This document shows positions 19,245 to 29,541 of a DNA stretch of 64,000 nucleotides, piece after piece. Position 1 is the stretch's first letter. Each line of letters begins with the position of its first letter. Origin of the DNA: an uncultured Candidatus Saccharibacteria bacterium (lineage in GTDB: Bacteria; Patescibacteriota; WWE3; 2-01-FULL-39-13); assembly GCA_964370865.1 (NCBI GenBank), contig CAYJKF010000004.1, positions 22,734 through 86,733 on the forward strand, given 5' to 3'. The position numbers and the translations under genes are program-made. The notes beneath the pieces were generated by a model. That model searched no databases, had not been told where the DNA came from, and worked only from the letters and a program-made list of their open reading frames with translations.

Positions 19245-21212
19245 ATGGCAACTAAAGATAAAAAAACTACGGAAAAAGTAAATTATGGAGCAGATAATAT
19301 TGAAGTCTTAGAAGGGTTAGAACCAGTAAGAGTACGTCCAGGAATGTACATTGGATCGACCGATACACGTGGTCTTCACCACATGGTTAAAGAAATCATA
19401 GATAACTCAGTTGACGAAGCTTTAGCCGGCGAAAATAACATTATCGTAATTACAATCAATAAAGATAATTCGGTAATCGTTAGCGACGCAGGAAGAGGAA
19501 TTCCAGTTGATATTAAAAAAGGTTATGGCGTATCTGCATTAGAGCTTGCTATGACGAAACTTCACGCTGGAGGAAAATTTAGTGGGGGAGGATACAAAGT
19601 TTCAGGCGGATTACACGGAGTTGGTGCATCAGTAGTTAACGCATTATCAGAATCCACCAGAGTTGAGGTCAGAAAAGACGGAAAACTCTATCACCAAGAA
19701 TACGTAGAAGGAAAAAAGAAATATGCTGTAAAAGCCGATAAATTTTCGGCATCAAAATTCGAAAAGGAATCCCTCGCATCCTTAGAGAGAGGAACAACTA
19801 CTTACTTTAAAGCCGATCCTAAAATTTTCGAGGAAATTAACTTTGACTATAAAACGATCAGATCACAAATTAGAATTTTTGCATATCTAGTATCAGGATT
19901 ACGATTCAAACTAATCGATAAGAGAGAAGGGGTTGTCGAATCATTTTATTTTGAAGGCGGATTAAAGGCTTTTATAAAATCTTTAAATAGAAATAAGGAT
20001 TCAATTCATCCAAATATTTTTTATGTCAGAAAAACGGCTGGAGAAATGGAAGTCGAGGTAGCATTTCAATACACAGACAGTTTTAATCCAACAGAATACA
20101 GCTTTGCCAATAATATTCGTACACCAGATGGTGGAACACATTTAACAGGTTTTAGAGGAGCCTTAACAAGATCAATTAACGACTATTCAAAGAAAAATGA
20201 TCTCTTTAAGAAGGACGATGAGAAACTTTTAGGACCAGATACTTTAGAAGGAATTAGCGCAGCAGTGTCTATAAAAATTCCTTCGGCATTATTACAATTT
20301 GAAGGTCAAACAAAATCCAAACTAGGAACGGCAGAAGCGAGAAATATTGTTGAGTCAATTACAAAAGAAGCTCTTGACCAATTTTTAGAAGAAAATCCCA
20401 AAGATGGCGAATTGATAATAGGGAAGGCGTTGTTGGCGGCGAGAGCAAGGAACGCAGCACGAGCCGCTAGAGATGCCATAATTAGAAAAGGCGCACTTGA
20501 AGGAACAAGCTTACCTGGAAAACTAGCTGACTGTAGAACCAAAAATGCGGATGAAGCAGAATTATTTATCGTAGAAGGAGATTCAGCAGGAGGTACGGCT
20601 AAACAGGCAAGGAATAGTGAATTCCAAGCTATCTTGCCACTATTTGGAAAAATATTAAACACCGAAAGAGCAAGACTAGATCAAGTTGTTAAAAACGACA
20701 AATTAAAATTACTAATTAGAGCTCTCGGCACAGGAGTAGGGGAAACTTTTGATATTAAAAATATTCGTTATAAAAAATTGATCATAATGTCTGATGCTGA
20801 TGTTGATGGAGCACACATTAGAACTCTATATCTAACTTTCATTTTCAGACATTTACCTGAACTTATTGCGAGTGGCTTTTTATACGCAGCGGTACCACCT
20901 CTCTACAAAGCATCTTGGGGTAAAAATAAAAGGTATTTATACGATGAGGAAGAAAGAGACCAATTCGAAAAAGAAATAGTAAAAGAAACTAAAAACTATG
21001 TCGTTACTAGGTTTAAAGGTCTTGGAGAAATGAATTATGAAGAATTACGAGAAACCATGGATCCTAAAACCCGTATTTTAAAAAGAATTACTATTGAGGA
21101 TGCAGAGGAATCAAGCGAAGTTTTTGAAATGTTAATGGGTGAAAATGTAGCACCTAGAAAACATTTTATACAAGCTAATGCAGCTATGGCTGATTTAGAC
21201 TTACAAGCATAA
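19245..21212 (+). CDS. gyrB: DNA gyrase subunit B
   Basis: RPGMYIG, GGLHGVG, VEGDSAGG, DADVDG, RFKGLGEM. Confidence 0.96.
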   Translation: MATKDKKTTEKVNYGADNIEVLEGLEPVRVRPGMYIGSTDTRGLHHMVKEIIDNSVDEALAGENNIIVITINKDNSVIVSDAGRGIPVDIKKGYGVSALELAMTKLHAGGKFSGGGYKVSGGLHGVGASVVNALSESTRVEVRKDGKLYHQEYVEGKKKYAVKADKFSASKFEKESLASLERGTTTYFKADPKIFEEINFDYKTIRSQIRIFAYLVSGLRFKLIDKREGVVESFYFEGGLKAFIKSLNRNKDSIHPNIFYVRKTAGEMEVEVAFQYTDSFNPTEYSFANNIRTPDGGTHLTGFRGALTRSINDYSKKNDLFKKDDEKLLGPDTLEGISAAVSIKIPSALLQFEGQTKSKLGTAEARNIVESITKEALDQFLEENPKDGELIIGKALLAARARNAARAARDAIIRKGALEGTSLPGKLADCRTKNADEAELFIVEGDSAGGTAKQARNSEFQAILPLFGKILNTERARLDQVVKNDKLKLLIRALGTGVGETFDIKNIRYKKLIIMSDADVDGAHIRTLYLTFIFRHLPELIASGFLYAAVPPLYKASWGKNKRYLYDEEERDQFEKEIVKETKNYVVTRFKGLGEMNYEELRETMDPKTRILKRITIEDAEESSEVFEMLMGENVAPRKHFIQANAAMADLDLQA

Positions 21213-21213
21213 G

Positions 21214-22464
21214 ATGAAAATAATAGAAATCATAAAATCAAATTTTCTATCACTGCTCATAACTATCGGAACTTTATGGCTTCTTGAAAGTGTATTTGGA
21301 ATCGATTTATTTAACATCGGAATTCTCGTTGTTGGATTTTTAATTACCTTCCTAATTCAATTCAATAAAAAACTCTCTCAAAACCAAAACCACGTAAACA
21401 TTCTCTTTGCGACGATATCACTCGTAATATCATTTTTATTCTTCAAGAATCCAATTAATATAATTGTGTTTTTACTAGGATGTAATCTAGCCGCTATTTA
21501 TGTTCAAACATATAGACTAAAAGAACATACCTTTGATATATCTATTGCAAATGTTGTAGGTCTAGCAAACATTTTGCTATTTAGTGGAATAGAAAAATTT
21601 AGAGGAGCGAACAAACTAGATGAAGGAGACATACAACTTACAATTCCTTTGATAATTCTAATCTCGCTGATGATGTATGTCCTAAATTTACTAGCTTATT
21701 CAGCTTTATCTAAAAAATTCACCAAACATATAAAGGCTAAAATAACCATGGTTAGCTACATTGTCTACGTGGTACTAATATTTATCGTGACATTTCCTGT
21801 TTATAAAGAGGTCGGTAGTGATGTGATTTTCGTACCTGTATTGGCAGGTATTATAGCCGGCTTGATGAGAAGCTTTATAAAGCCAAGAAGCGTGTTCAAC
21901 GAAATATTAGAAGTAGTTCTTTGCGTGATGCTTCCTTTTCAAATAGCTGGTTTTATGGGAGTTGGATTATCTATCCTAACATTCTATCTTTGCTACTCAT
22001 TAATTGGAGTACTAATTAACAATTTTGATACGGTTAGCATGTTATCAATAGTTAAACTCAGTCCTTTACTCTACTTGCTCGCTTCCCAAGAAATTAGAGA
22101 AAATAAAGGTCTCATTAATAGACTGGACATCACCAATGGCTACCAACTCGGATGGATTTTAATATGTTTGATATTAGTCAAATTCGTTGCGCTATACTAT
22201 CAACCGTTTTTAAAATGGCTTGGAAAAAATGACCTATCGAAATTTACACAAACCTTAGTGCCACTTTTTACTTTAGTTATATTTGTTATTATAATAAGAT
22301 TAGGACGTGCAGAAGGGGCAATTGCACTAATAACAAGTTTTGTAGCTTTTCTATACATCTACAACTTATTTGAAAAACGATTACATCGTGAGCAATTACG
22401 ATTAACATCGTCTTTAGCCCAATTTGCTGGTACCTTAACGTTTTTAGTTTTAACAACATTTTAG
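21214..22464 (+). CDS. Multi-pass membrane protein of unknown function
   Basis: About 13 hydrophobic segments; operonic between gyrB and ppa. Confidence 0.75.
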   Translation: MKIIEIIKSNFLSLLITIGTLWLLESVFGIDLFNIGILVVGFLITFLIQFNKKLSQNQNHVNILFATISLVISFLFFKNPINIIVFLLGCNLAAIYVQTYRLKEHTFDISIANVVGLANILLFSGIEKFRGANKLDEGDIQLTIPLIILISLMMYVLNLLAYSALSKKFTKHIKAKITMVSYIVYVVLIFIVTFPVYKEVGSDVIFVPVLAGIIAGLMRSFIKPRSVFNEILEVVLCVMLPFQIAGFMGVGLSILTFYLCYSLIGVLINNFDTVSMLSIVKLSPLLYLLASQEIRENKGLINRLDITNGYQLGWILICLILVKFVALYYQPFLKWLGKNDLSKFTQTLVPLFTLVIFVIIIRLGRAEGAIALITSFVAFLYIYNLFEKRLHREQLRLTSSLAQFAGTLTFLVLTTF

Positions 22465-22475
22465 AAAGGAAAAAA

Positions 22476-23021
22476 ATGAACTTATTTCATGCTATTAAGC
22501 AGGACAGGGCTCCTGAGTTCTTAAACGTTTTAGTCGAAATACCAAGAGGCGATTTTGTAAAATACGAATACAACCACACTTATGGAGTATTAGAAGTGGA
22601 TAGAGTTTTGTATGGTCCAGTACACTATCCAACTGTATATGCTGATGTACCAAACACTTGGAACAAGGGCGATGGAGATCCACTAGATGCAGTAGTTTAC
22701 ACAACTGGAAACATTGTTCCTGGAGCACTTGTCATTACAAGAGTTATCGGAGTCATGGAAATGATTGATAATGGGGAAGTTGACAATAAAATTATTACAG
22801 TAAACGACAAAGATCCTCGATATAAAAATATTGAAAACCTAGAAGATCTTCCTTCATATTACTTAAAAGATTTACAAACATTTATGGAAACTTATAAATA
22901 TGCTCAAAGTGGACCTGGAACAGTTCAAATTCCTGGTTTTAAATCAAAAGAAGAAGCATACAAAATTATTCTAGAAGCTATGAAAGATTATCAAGATAAA
23001 TACGGAAACGTAACAGAGTAA
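22476..23021 (+). CDS. ppa: Inorganic pyrophosphatase (family I)
   Basis: VEIP..KYE, DGDPLD, DNKI motifs. Confidence 0.95.
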   Translation: MNLFHAIKQDRAPEFLNVLVEIPRGDFVKYEYNHTYGVLEVDRVLYGPVHYPTVYADVPNTWNKGDGDPLDAVVYTTGNIVPGALVITRVIGVMEMIDNGEVDNKIITVNDKDPRYKNIENLEDLPSYYLKDLQTFMETYKYAQSGPGTVQIPGFKSKEEAYKIILEAMKDYQDKYGNVTE

Positions 23022-23035
23022 AACAATAAAAATAA

Positions 23036-25654
23036 ATGACAGACCAAACGGACCTAAAGGAATTAGGACAAATTAAAGATATTCACGGAGGAGAGATTGT
23101 CTCAACATCCATCGTAAATGAAATGAAGAAGTCTTACCTAGACTATGCTATGAGCGTTATTGTCGCTAGAGCACTTCCAGATATTAGGGATGGTCTAAAA
23201 CCTGTACAGAGAAGAATCATATATGCAGCAAACGAAATGGGGCTTACTTATACATCCAGATATCGAAAAGCTGCCACTCTAGTTGGAGAGGTAATGGGTA
23301 AGTATCATCCTCACGGAGATCAATCTATCTATGATGCTCTCGTTCGAATGGCTCAGGATTTCTCCCTACGATATACATTAATCGACGGACAAGGTAACTG
23401 GGGAAACATCGATGGTGACGGTGCAGCTGCTATGAGGTATACGGAGTGTAAGATGGAAAAGCTTTCTGATTATCTACTTCATGACATTGATAAAAATACA
23501 GTAGAATTTGCTGATAACTTCTCTGGTGAACAAAAAGAGCCTCAAGTGCTTCCATCTGGAATTCCAAATTTATTAATGAACGGAGCTTTAGGAATTGCAG
23601 TTGGAATGGCCACAAACATTCCTCCTCATAACTTAAATGAACTAATAGATGCGATAATGCTATTTTTTGATAGCTCTAAAATAGTAAAGAAAGAATTAAA
23701 AACTCACACAGATACAATTTACCAAGTAGTTGAAACAACTTGCGAAATTCAAGATTGGGAATTAGAACATAAAATTACAGTTGAAGAATTATACAAAGTA
23801 ATCAAAGGCCCGGATTTTCCAACGGGATGTACGATTTACGATAAATCAGAAATATTAAATTACTTATCAACCGGAAGAGGACGTATTGTACAACAGGCTA
23901 AAGCAGAAATTAAGGAATCAAAGTCAGGCAAATTTCATATTGTAATAACTGAAATTCCGTATCAAGTTACCAAAGCCACGTTAGTCGAAAAAATAGGTAA
24001 CTTAGTTAACGAGAAAAAAATCAAAGATATTAGCGCAATTAAAGATACAAGTAGTGGAGAAAGCATTGAAATTATTATCGAATTAAAGAAAGAAGCCAGA
24101 CCACAAAAAGTATTGAATTCCTTGTACAAATATACGCAGCTACAGCAATCTTTCAGTGCAAATATGATTGCACTTATTGATAATCAGCCACAAACATTCG
24201 GCTTAATTACTTATCTTGATGAGTTTATAAAATTCAGAAAAGAAGTCATTACAAATAGAACGATTTACATGTTGAAGAAAGCAAGAGAGAGAGAGCACAT
24301 TCTTCAAGGATTAAAAATTGCTTTGGATTTTATTGACGAAGTTATTGAAATCATTAAAAAATCAAAAGACACAAATACTGCAAAAGAAAAATTAATGGCA
24401 AGGTTTAAGTTAACTGAAGTGCAGACCTTGGCAATATTGGATATGCAGTTAAAGCGGCTTGCCGCGCTTGAGAGAGAAAAAATCGAAGATGAATTGAAAC
24501 AAATCGAGAAAAATATAAGGGAATATTTAGCGATACTCGGCAAGCCGGCAAAAATGATCGAAATAATTAAGAACGAGTTAATGGATGTTAAAGAGGCATT
24601 CGGAGACAAAAGGCGAACAAAGGTAGTCGCAGGAAAAATCGGCGAATTCAGCGAAGAAGATTTAATAGCTGATGAAGAAACTCTTATTGCTATTACCGAA
24701 ACTGGCTATATAAAACGAATGAAACCATCTAACTACAGAATTCAATCAAGAGGTGGTAAAGGTGTCGTTGGAATGAAAACAAAAGACGCAGATGAAGTCA
24801 TAATGCTAAGATCTGCAACAACTCATGATCGAATACTATTTTTTACAAATAAAGGAAAAATCTATGAGAAAAAAGTTTGGGATATTGATGAAAGCAATAG
24901 AACAAGTAAAGGTACGGCTCTTGTAAATATTATTGAAATTGCTTCAGATGAAAAAATCCAAGAAATCATAACAATCAGTAAGGAACTCGATAAAGAAGCT
25001 ACATCGAAATATGTAGTCCTAGCAACTTCTGATGGCTCGATTAAGAAAACAAAATTATCGGATTTCACTAATATAAGAAGAACCGGAATTATTGCAATCG
25101 GAATGGATGAAGGTTCAAGTCTAGTTGGCGCAAAATTAAGTGACGGCAAATCCCAAATTTTAATGGTTACCACTAAAGGTAAGTCAATTAGATTTAAAGA
25201 ATCAGACGTAAGAGAAATGGGCAGATCTGCAGGAGGTGTTAGAGGAATAAAGATAAAATCTGATGACCACGTAGTATCACTCGAAGTATTACCGGCAGGT
25301 ACTAAAGACACAAATAAAATTCTTTGTATTATGAGCCGAGGCTATGGAAAATGTACCTTACTTAAAGGATATTCATTGCAGGGTAGGGGAGGAAGCGGAG
25401 TTAAAGCAGCTAAGGTTACTACCAAAACAGGAGATATAATTTCGGTCAAAAGATTAGACGAAAACTTAACAGATGTAATAATGACTTCACAAGGCGGACA
25501 AGTTATTAGAATTCCTGTGTCCTCAATTCCTGTATCAAGCAGAGACACACAAGGAGTCATTTTAATGAGATTAAAAGCGGGAGACTTTGTCTCGGCAGTT
25601 TCCACAATCGCTGAAGGAGATGAGGAAGAAGAATTACCACCTACTGAGTCCTAA
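23036..25654 (+). CDS. gyrA: DNA gyrase subunit A
   Basis: DGLKPVQRR, YHPHGD, AAMRYTE, GyrA-box QSRGGKG, C-terminal blades. Confidence 0.96.
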   Translation: MTDQTDLKELGQIKDIHGGEIVSTSIVNEMKKSYLDYAMSVIVARALPDIRDGLKPVQRRIIYAANEMGLTYTSRYRKAATLVGEVMGKYHPHGDQSIYDALVRMAQDFSLRYTLIDGQGNWGNIDGDGAAAMRYTECKMEKLSDYLLHDIDKNTVEFADNFSGEQKEPQVLPSGIPNLLMNGALGIAVGMATNIPPHNLNELIDAIMLFFDSSKIVKKELKTHTDTIYQVVETTCEIQDWELEHKITVEELYKVIKGPDFPTGCTIYDKSEILNYLSTGRGRIVQQAKAEIKESKSGKFHIVITEIPYQVTKATLVEKIGNLVNEKKIKDISAIKDTSSGESIEIIIELKKEARPQKVLNSLYKYTQLQQSFSANMIALIDNQPQTFGLITYLDEFIKFRKEVITNRTIYMLKKAREREHILQGLKIALDFIDEVIEIIKKSKDTNTAKEKLMARFKLTEVQTLAILDMQLKRLAALEREKIEDELKQIEKNIREYLAILGKPAKMIEIIKNELMDVKEAFGDKRRTKVVAGKIGEFSEEDLIADEETLIAITETGYIKRMKPSNYRIQSRGGKGVVGMKTKDADEVIMLRSATTHDRILFFTNKGKIYEKKVWDIDESNRTSKGTALVNIIEIASDEKIQEIITISKELDKEATSKYVVLATSDGSIKKTKLSDFTNIRRTGIIAIGMDEGSSLVGAKLSDGKSQILMVTTKGKSIRFKESDVREMGRSAGGVRGIKIKSDDHVVSLEVLPAGTKDTNKILCIMSRGYGKCTLLKGYSLQGRGGSGVKAAKVTTKTGDIISVKRLDENLTDVIMTSQGGQVIRIPVSSIPVSSRDTQGVILMRLKAGDFVSAVSTIAEGDEEEELPPTES

Positions 25655-25724
25655 CCGTCTGGAATAAAATCGCACGAGAGGAAAAAATGGCTTCGGGAAA
25701 TTTTGTCCTATTGATTAGCCGATA

Positions 25725-26003
25725 CTATTTTCCTTGGTCCAGTTTTATAAGTTGCTCATAATCCAACCATAAAAACTTACCTGGACAAATATCTTCTAAC
25801 ATAACGTAATGTGGATGCTCAAGGTAGGAGTAGTAGTAAACATAAATTCCTTTAGCACCTTCATGCTCAGCATGGTTGGTCACCATCACAGGATCACCTG
25901 TCTTAAATTCTACTATTACTTCACACCCGTGTTCCTGAATTGAATCTTGGCCACTTAATAAAGTTGACGTGTCGGGTTGCTCTAAAGGTTCTTGGATAAT
26001 CAT
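25725..26003 (-). CDS. Small hypothetical protein, possible SH3/KOW-like fold
   Basis: FKTGDPVMV...G..G pattern; TATAAT 6 nt before the ATG. Confidence 0.6.
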   Translation of the reverse strand: MIIQEPLEQPDTSTLLSGQDSIQEHGCEVIVEFKTGDPVMVTNHAEHEGAKGIYVYYYSYLEHPHYVMLEDICPGKFLWLDYEQLIKLDQGK

Positions 26004-26042
26004 GGAGAGATTATACCAATTTGGTAGTAGAATTAAATAAAT

Positions 26043-26537
26043 ATGAATATCACCCTAAAAACATTAAGACCAACCATACTTTTAATAGGTTGTATTTTAC
26101 TTTCACAATCTGCAGGAATTATCGGAAGTTTCTTTACAATAGACGCGATTCAAGGGTGGTATATGACTTTAAACCGACCTGGCATTGCTCCACCTAATTG
26201 GGTTTTTGCACCAGTATGGACTTCTTTATACACAATGATGGGAATTTCATTTTTCCTTGTCATTCGAAAAGGGATAAGCAATACGACGGTTAAAATAGCG
26301 TCTGCAATTTTCCTCCTCCAGCTAATCCTAAACGCAGCCTGGTCAATTGTATTTTTTGGAAATCAAAATTTACAGGCTGCTTTTCTAGTAATCATAATGC
26401 TTATTGTACTTATAGTAGGAAACATATTTTATTTCTATAAAATAAGTCGCTGGGCAGCGTACTTGCTAATACCTTACTTAGCATGGGTCAGTTTTGCCTC
26501 AATTTTGAATTACCAATTTTGGATGTTGAATAGATAA
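26043..26537 (+). CDS. tspO: TspO/MBR tryptophan-rich sensory protein
   Basis: WY..L.RP..APP.WVF.PVW, LN.AWS.VFFG, PYLAWVSFA. Confidence 0.93.
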   Translation: MNITLKTLRPTILLIGCILLSQSAGIIGSFFTIDAIQGWYMTLNRPGIAPPNWVFAPVWTSLYTMMGISFFLVIRKGISNTTVKIASAIFLLQLILNAAWSIVFFGNQNLQAAFLVIIMLIVLIVGNIFYFYKISRWAAYLLIPYLAWVSFASILNYQFWMLNR

Positions 26538-26551
26538 AACTGAATTCTAGG

Positions 26552-27292
26552 ATGCTGAATTTCATCGAGTTACAATACATAAAAGAAGGTACAAAACAGC
26601 CGGAAATATTTGGAATTGACGAGGTAGGTAGGGGATGTCTTGCTGGTCCAATCGTGGCAGGATGTGTTAAATGGAATTGGAAATTTATTCAATCTGAGCT
26701 AAATAATCTTGAATCGCAACATCGTAATTTTATAATCGATATAAAAGATTCTAAAAAACTATCGCAAAAAAAACGAGAAATATTATCTAAATGGATAATT
26801 GATAATGCAGAATACTCAAATATTATTTCTATTGGAGCAGAGGAGATAGATAGAATCGGAATTCAAAAGGCAAACAAATTGGCGATGGCGTCATCCCTCC
26901 CAAATAGGGTCCGACCTTCATCCACAGCGGACCCCATTTATGTTCTTACTGACTACCTGAACATAGATAAGGAATTAATAGAGCAGGGTAGGGGAGTTTT
27001 AAAATCGATTCCTATATTACATGGTGAAGATAATTCACTATCTATAGCAAGTTCTTCAATCATTGCAAAAGTTTATCGAGACAATTTAATGAGAAATGAA
27101 ATGCACTTAAAGTATCCTAAATATGGATTTGATACAAATGTAGGCTATGGGACTAAAAAACATATAGAGTCAATTAAAAGGTATGGATTAGTTGATTTGC
27201 ACCGTAAATCATTCACATCTCACTTGGCAAATGGCATAACAAAACAAAGTGTCCTGACCTTAGCAAAGAGCGGACCCTATAAGGTACAATGA
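26552..27292 (+). CDS. rnhB: Ribonuclease HII
   Basis: GIDEVGRG.LAGP, DSKKL, IIAKV.RD, GYGT..H, HRKSF. Confidence 0.94.
   Translation: MLNFIELQYIKEGTKQPEIFGIDEVGRGCLAGPIVAGCVKWNWKFIQSELNNLESQHRNFIIDIKDSKKLSQKKREILSKWIIDNAEYSNIISIGAEEIDRIGIQKANKLAMASSLPNRVRPSSTADPIYVLTDYLNIDKELIEQGRGVLKSIPILHGEDNSLSIASSSIIAKVYRDNLMRNEMHLKYPKYGFDTNVGYGTKKHIESIKRYGLVDLHRKSFTSHLANGITKQSVLTLAKSGPYKVQ
26902..26939. repeat. REP-like palindromic repeat (inside rnhB)
   Basis: aaatagggtccgacctt...gcggaccccattt; same family as the intergenic copies. Confidence 0.75.
27246..27280. repeat. Degenerate REP-like repeat (rnhB 3' end)
   Basis: gtcctgacctt...gagcggaccctat. Confidence 0.55.
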
Positions 27293-27301
27293 TAATAAGA
27301 T

Positions 27302-29449
27302 ATGAAATTTCTGCTTATAAAAGTCCCTAGAAATAATGAATACACAACCCAACAGGCTTATGGATTGTTTAGCAGCCTTTTCATACAACCTAAATCCAAG
27401 GGAATAACTAGCCTTTTTACCAAAATCGCGCCAGCATACTTTTCATTTAACATAATATCTTTAAACCAAAACATTTATTTTATTGTTGGAAGTACAGACA
27501 ATGTGTCAGAGCATTTGTACAACCAAATATTAGCTCAATATCAAAAAGCCGATGTGAGTGAGTTACCACTAGAATCATTAATTAATGAAGAAAGATTAGC
27601 TGGGGCTACGTTCGCCGAACTGAATTTATCAGGAAATAACTTTTTACCAATAAAAAATCTAGAAGGAACAATGGAAGTAGATCCTATTACATCGGTATTA
27701 TCCTCAATGTCCAGATCGGCGGATCCAAGGGCATTCTTTTGGGTTCAAATTATAGTAAAAGCGGCCGATAATTCATGGCAATCAAAAGCTTTGCAAACGA
27801 TTTCTAAACTCTCTAGTGCAGAAGTCGTATCTCAATCTGCTCAATCAAAAATTGCCCAAATCCAAGAAAAAATAAAATTTAGCGGATTCTACTGTAATAC
27901 ACGGTTGATTGCCGACAGTGCCAGCAATTTAAATGCTTTATCATCATCCTTCAATATCTATGCAAATCCAGTTGGAAATTACTTTAAACTTTCAAAGCCA
28001 GGATTTATGAAAGAGAAAAAACTTTTTGAGGCAATACTTACTCATAGCCCATATGGAACTTCAAATATTTTGAATATTGCCGAAATTGCCTCCATTTGGC
28101 ATATGCCTAAAGGAAACCAGGATATTCCAAATATAATGTGGGGGAAGAAATTAGTACTTGATGGACCAGAAGATTTACCAGTAGCAAGACCAGATATGCC
28201 TGATGAAGAAAAGAAAGATTTAACTTTTATAGGAAAAGCTACGTATAAAAACCGACCACAGATTTTTGGTATAACAGCCAAGGATCGTTTGAGACACCTC
28301 TACATCGTTGGAAAAACTGGTACAGGTAAATCAGTACTTCTTGTTAATATGGCCATTGAGGATATACGTAAGGGTCATGGAATAGCCTTCTTAGATCCAC
28401 ATGGAGATGCAATTGATATTATTTTGAAATATATTCCTAAAAATAGAATAAATGATGTTTGTTATTTTAATCCATCCGATCCAGAGTATGCTTATCCTCT
28501 TAATATTTTAGAAGTTAGAAATGAAAGCCAGAGAGAGTTGATGGTCTCTGGAATAATCGCCATTTTCTATAAGATTTATTCGTACTCTTGGGGTCCGCGT
28601 CTTGAGCATATACTTAGAAATGTTTTGTTCACTTTGATATATGCTCAAGACGCAACACTTCCTGACGTCATGAAAATCCTTCATGATAAAAGCTACAGAG
28701 CTAAAGTATTAGAACGTATTTCGGATCCTCAAATACATCAATTCTGGACAAAAGAATTCGACTCTATGACCGAAAAATTCCGAGATGAAGCAATCGCTCC
28801 AATCCTAAATAAAGTTGGACAATTTGTAACTTCCCCAATTATTAGGAGAGTTATTCAATGGCCAAAATCTAAAGTTCACATTAGCGAACTGATGGATAAT
28901 AAAAAAATATTCCTATGCGATTTATCTCAAGGTAAGCTAGGGGAAGATAACGCTGCATTACTTGGCTCAATGATAATTACTCAAATCCAAGTTGCCACAA
29001 TGAATAGAGCATTTATTCCAGAGGAACAAAGAGTGCCATTCTACTTATATGTTGATGAGTTTCAAAATTTTGCCACGACTTCTTTTTCAAAAATACTGTC
29101 CGAAGCTAGAAAATATAAACTTGGGCTAATCCTCGCAAATCAATACATAACACAGATTGATGAGGATGTTATGAACGCAATTCTAGGAAATATCGGATCA
29201 ATCGCTTGTTATAACGTCGGTGCAAAAGATTCTGAGATCTTATATAAAGAATTTGGTGGGGCAGTGGAAGCAGAAGATTTATCTAACGGCCTCGATAAAT
29301 TCCAAATGATTATGAGAATGATGATGTCACAAACAATGTCACAACCATTCACATTCTATACGCTTCCATTACCAAAAAATATTTCTGGCCATCAAGACAA
29401 AATAATTGAAGCATCTCGCCGCCAATTTGGTGTTAAATTAACCAAGTAA
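27302..29449 (+). CDS. VirB4/TraG(VirD4)-like P-loop ATPase (CPR-type)
   Basis: DRLRHLYIVGKTGTGKS, DPHGD, LYVDEFQNF, LSEARKY, ANQY. Confidence 0.88.
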   Translation: MKFLLIKVPRNNEYTTQQAYGLFSSLFIQPKSKGITSLFTKIAPAYFSFNIISLNQNIYFIVGSTDNVSEHLYNQILAQYQKADVSELPLESLINEERLAGATFAELNLSGNNFLPIKNLEGTMEVDPITSVLSSMSRSADPRAFFWVQIIVKAADNSWQSKALQTISKLSSAEVVSQSAQSKIAQIQEKIKFSGFYCNTRLIADSASNLNALSSSFNIYANPVGNYFKLSKPGFMKEKKLFEAILTHSPYGTSNILNIAEIASIWHMPKGNQDIPNIMWGKKLVLDGPEDLPVARPDMPDEEKKDLTFIGKATYKNRPQIFGITAKDRLRHLYIVGKTGTGKSVLLVNMAIEDIRKGHGIAFLDPHGDAIDIILKYIPKNRINDVCYFNPSDPEYAYPLNILEVRNESQRELMVSGIIAIFYKIYSYSWGPRLEHILRNVLFTLIYAQDATLPDVMKILHDKSYRAKVLERISDPQIHQFWTKEFDSMTEKFRDEAIAPILNKVGQFVTSPIIRRVIQWPKSKVHISELMDNKKIFLCDLSQGKLGEDNAALLGSMIITQIQVATMNRAFIPEEQRVPFYLYVDEFQNFATTSFSKILSEARKYKLGLILANQYITQIDEDVMNAILGNIGSIACYNVGAKDSEILYKEFGGAVEAEDLSNGLDKFQMIMRMMMSQTMSQPFTFYTLPLPKNISGHQDKIIEASRRQFGVKLTK

Positions 29450-29464
29450 CAGAGATTGCAAAAA

Positions 29465-29484
29465 GGGTAGGGGGTAGGGTAGGG
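29465..29484 (+). other. Three overlapping GGGTAGGG (KOPS-consensus) octamers / G-quadruplex-competent tract
   Basis: gggtagggggtagggtaggg in the intergenic gap. Confidence 0.65.
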
Positions 29485-29541
29485 AAGTCAAAAATCTGCT
29501 AAGCTGATAAAGTTACAATATTAAATAAAAATAATTCAAAA

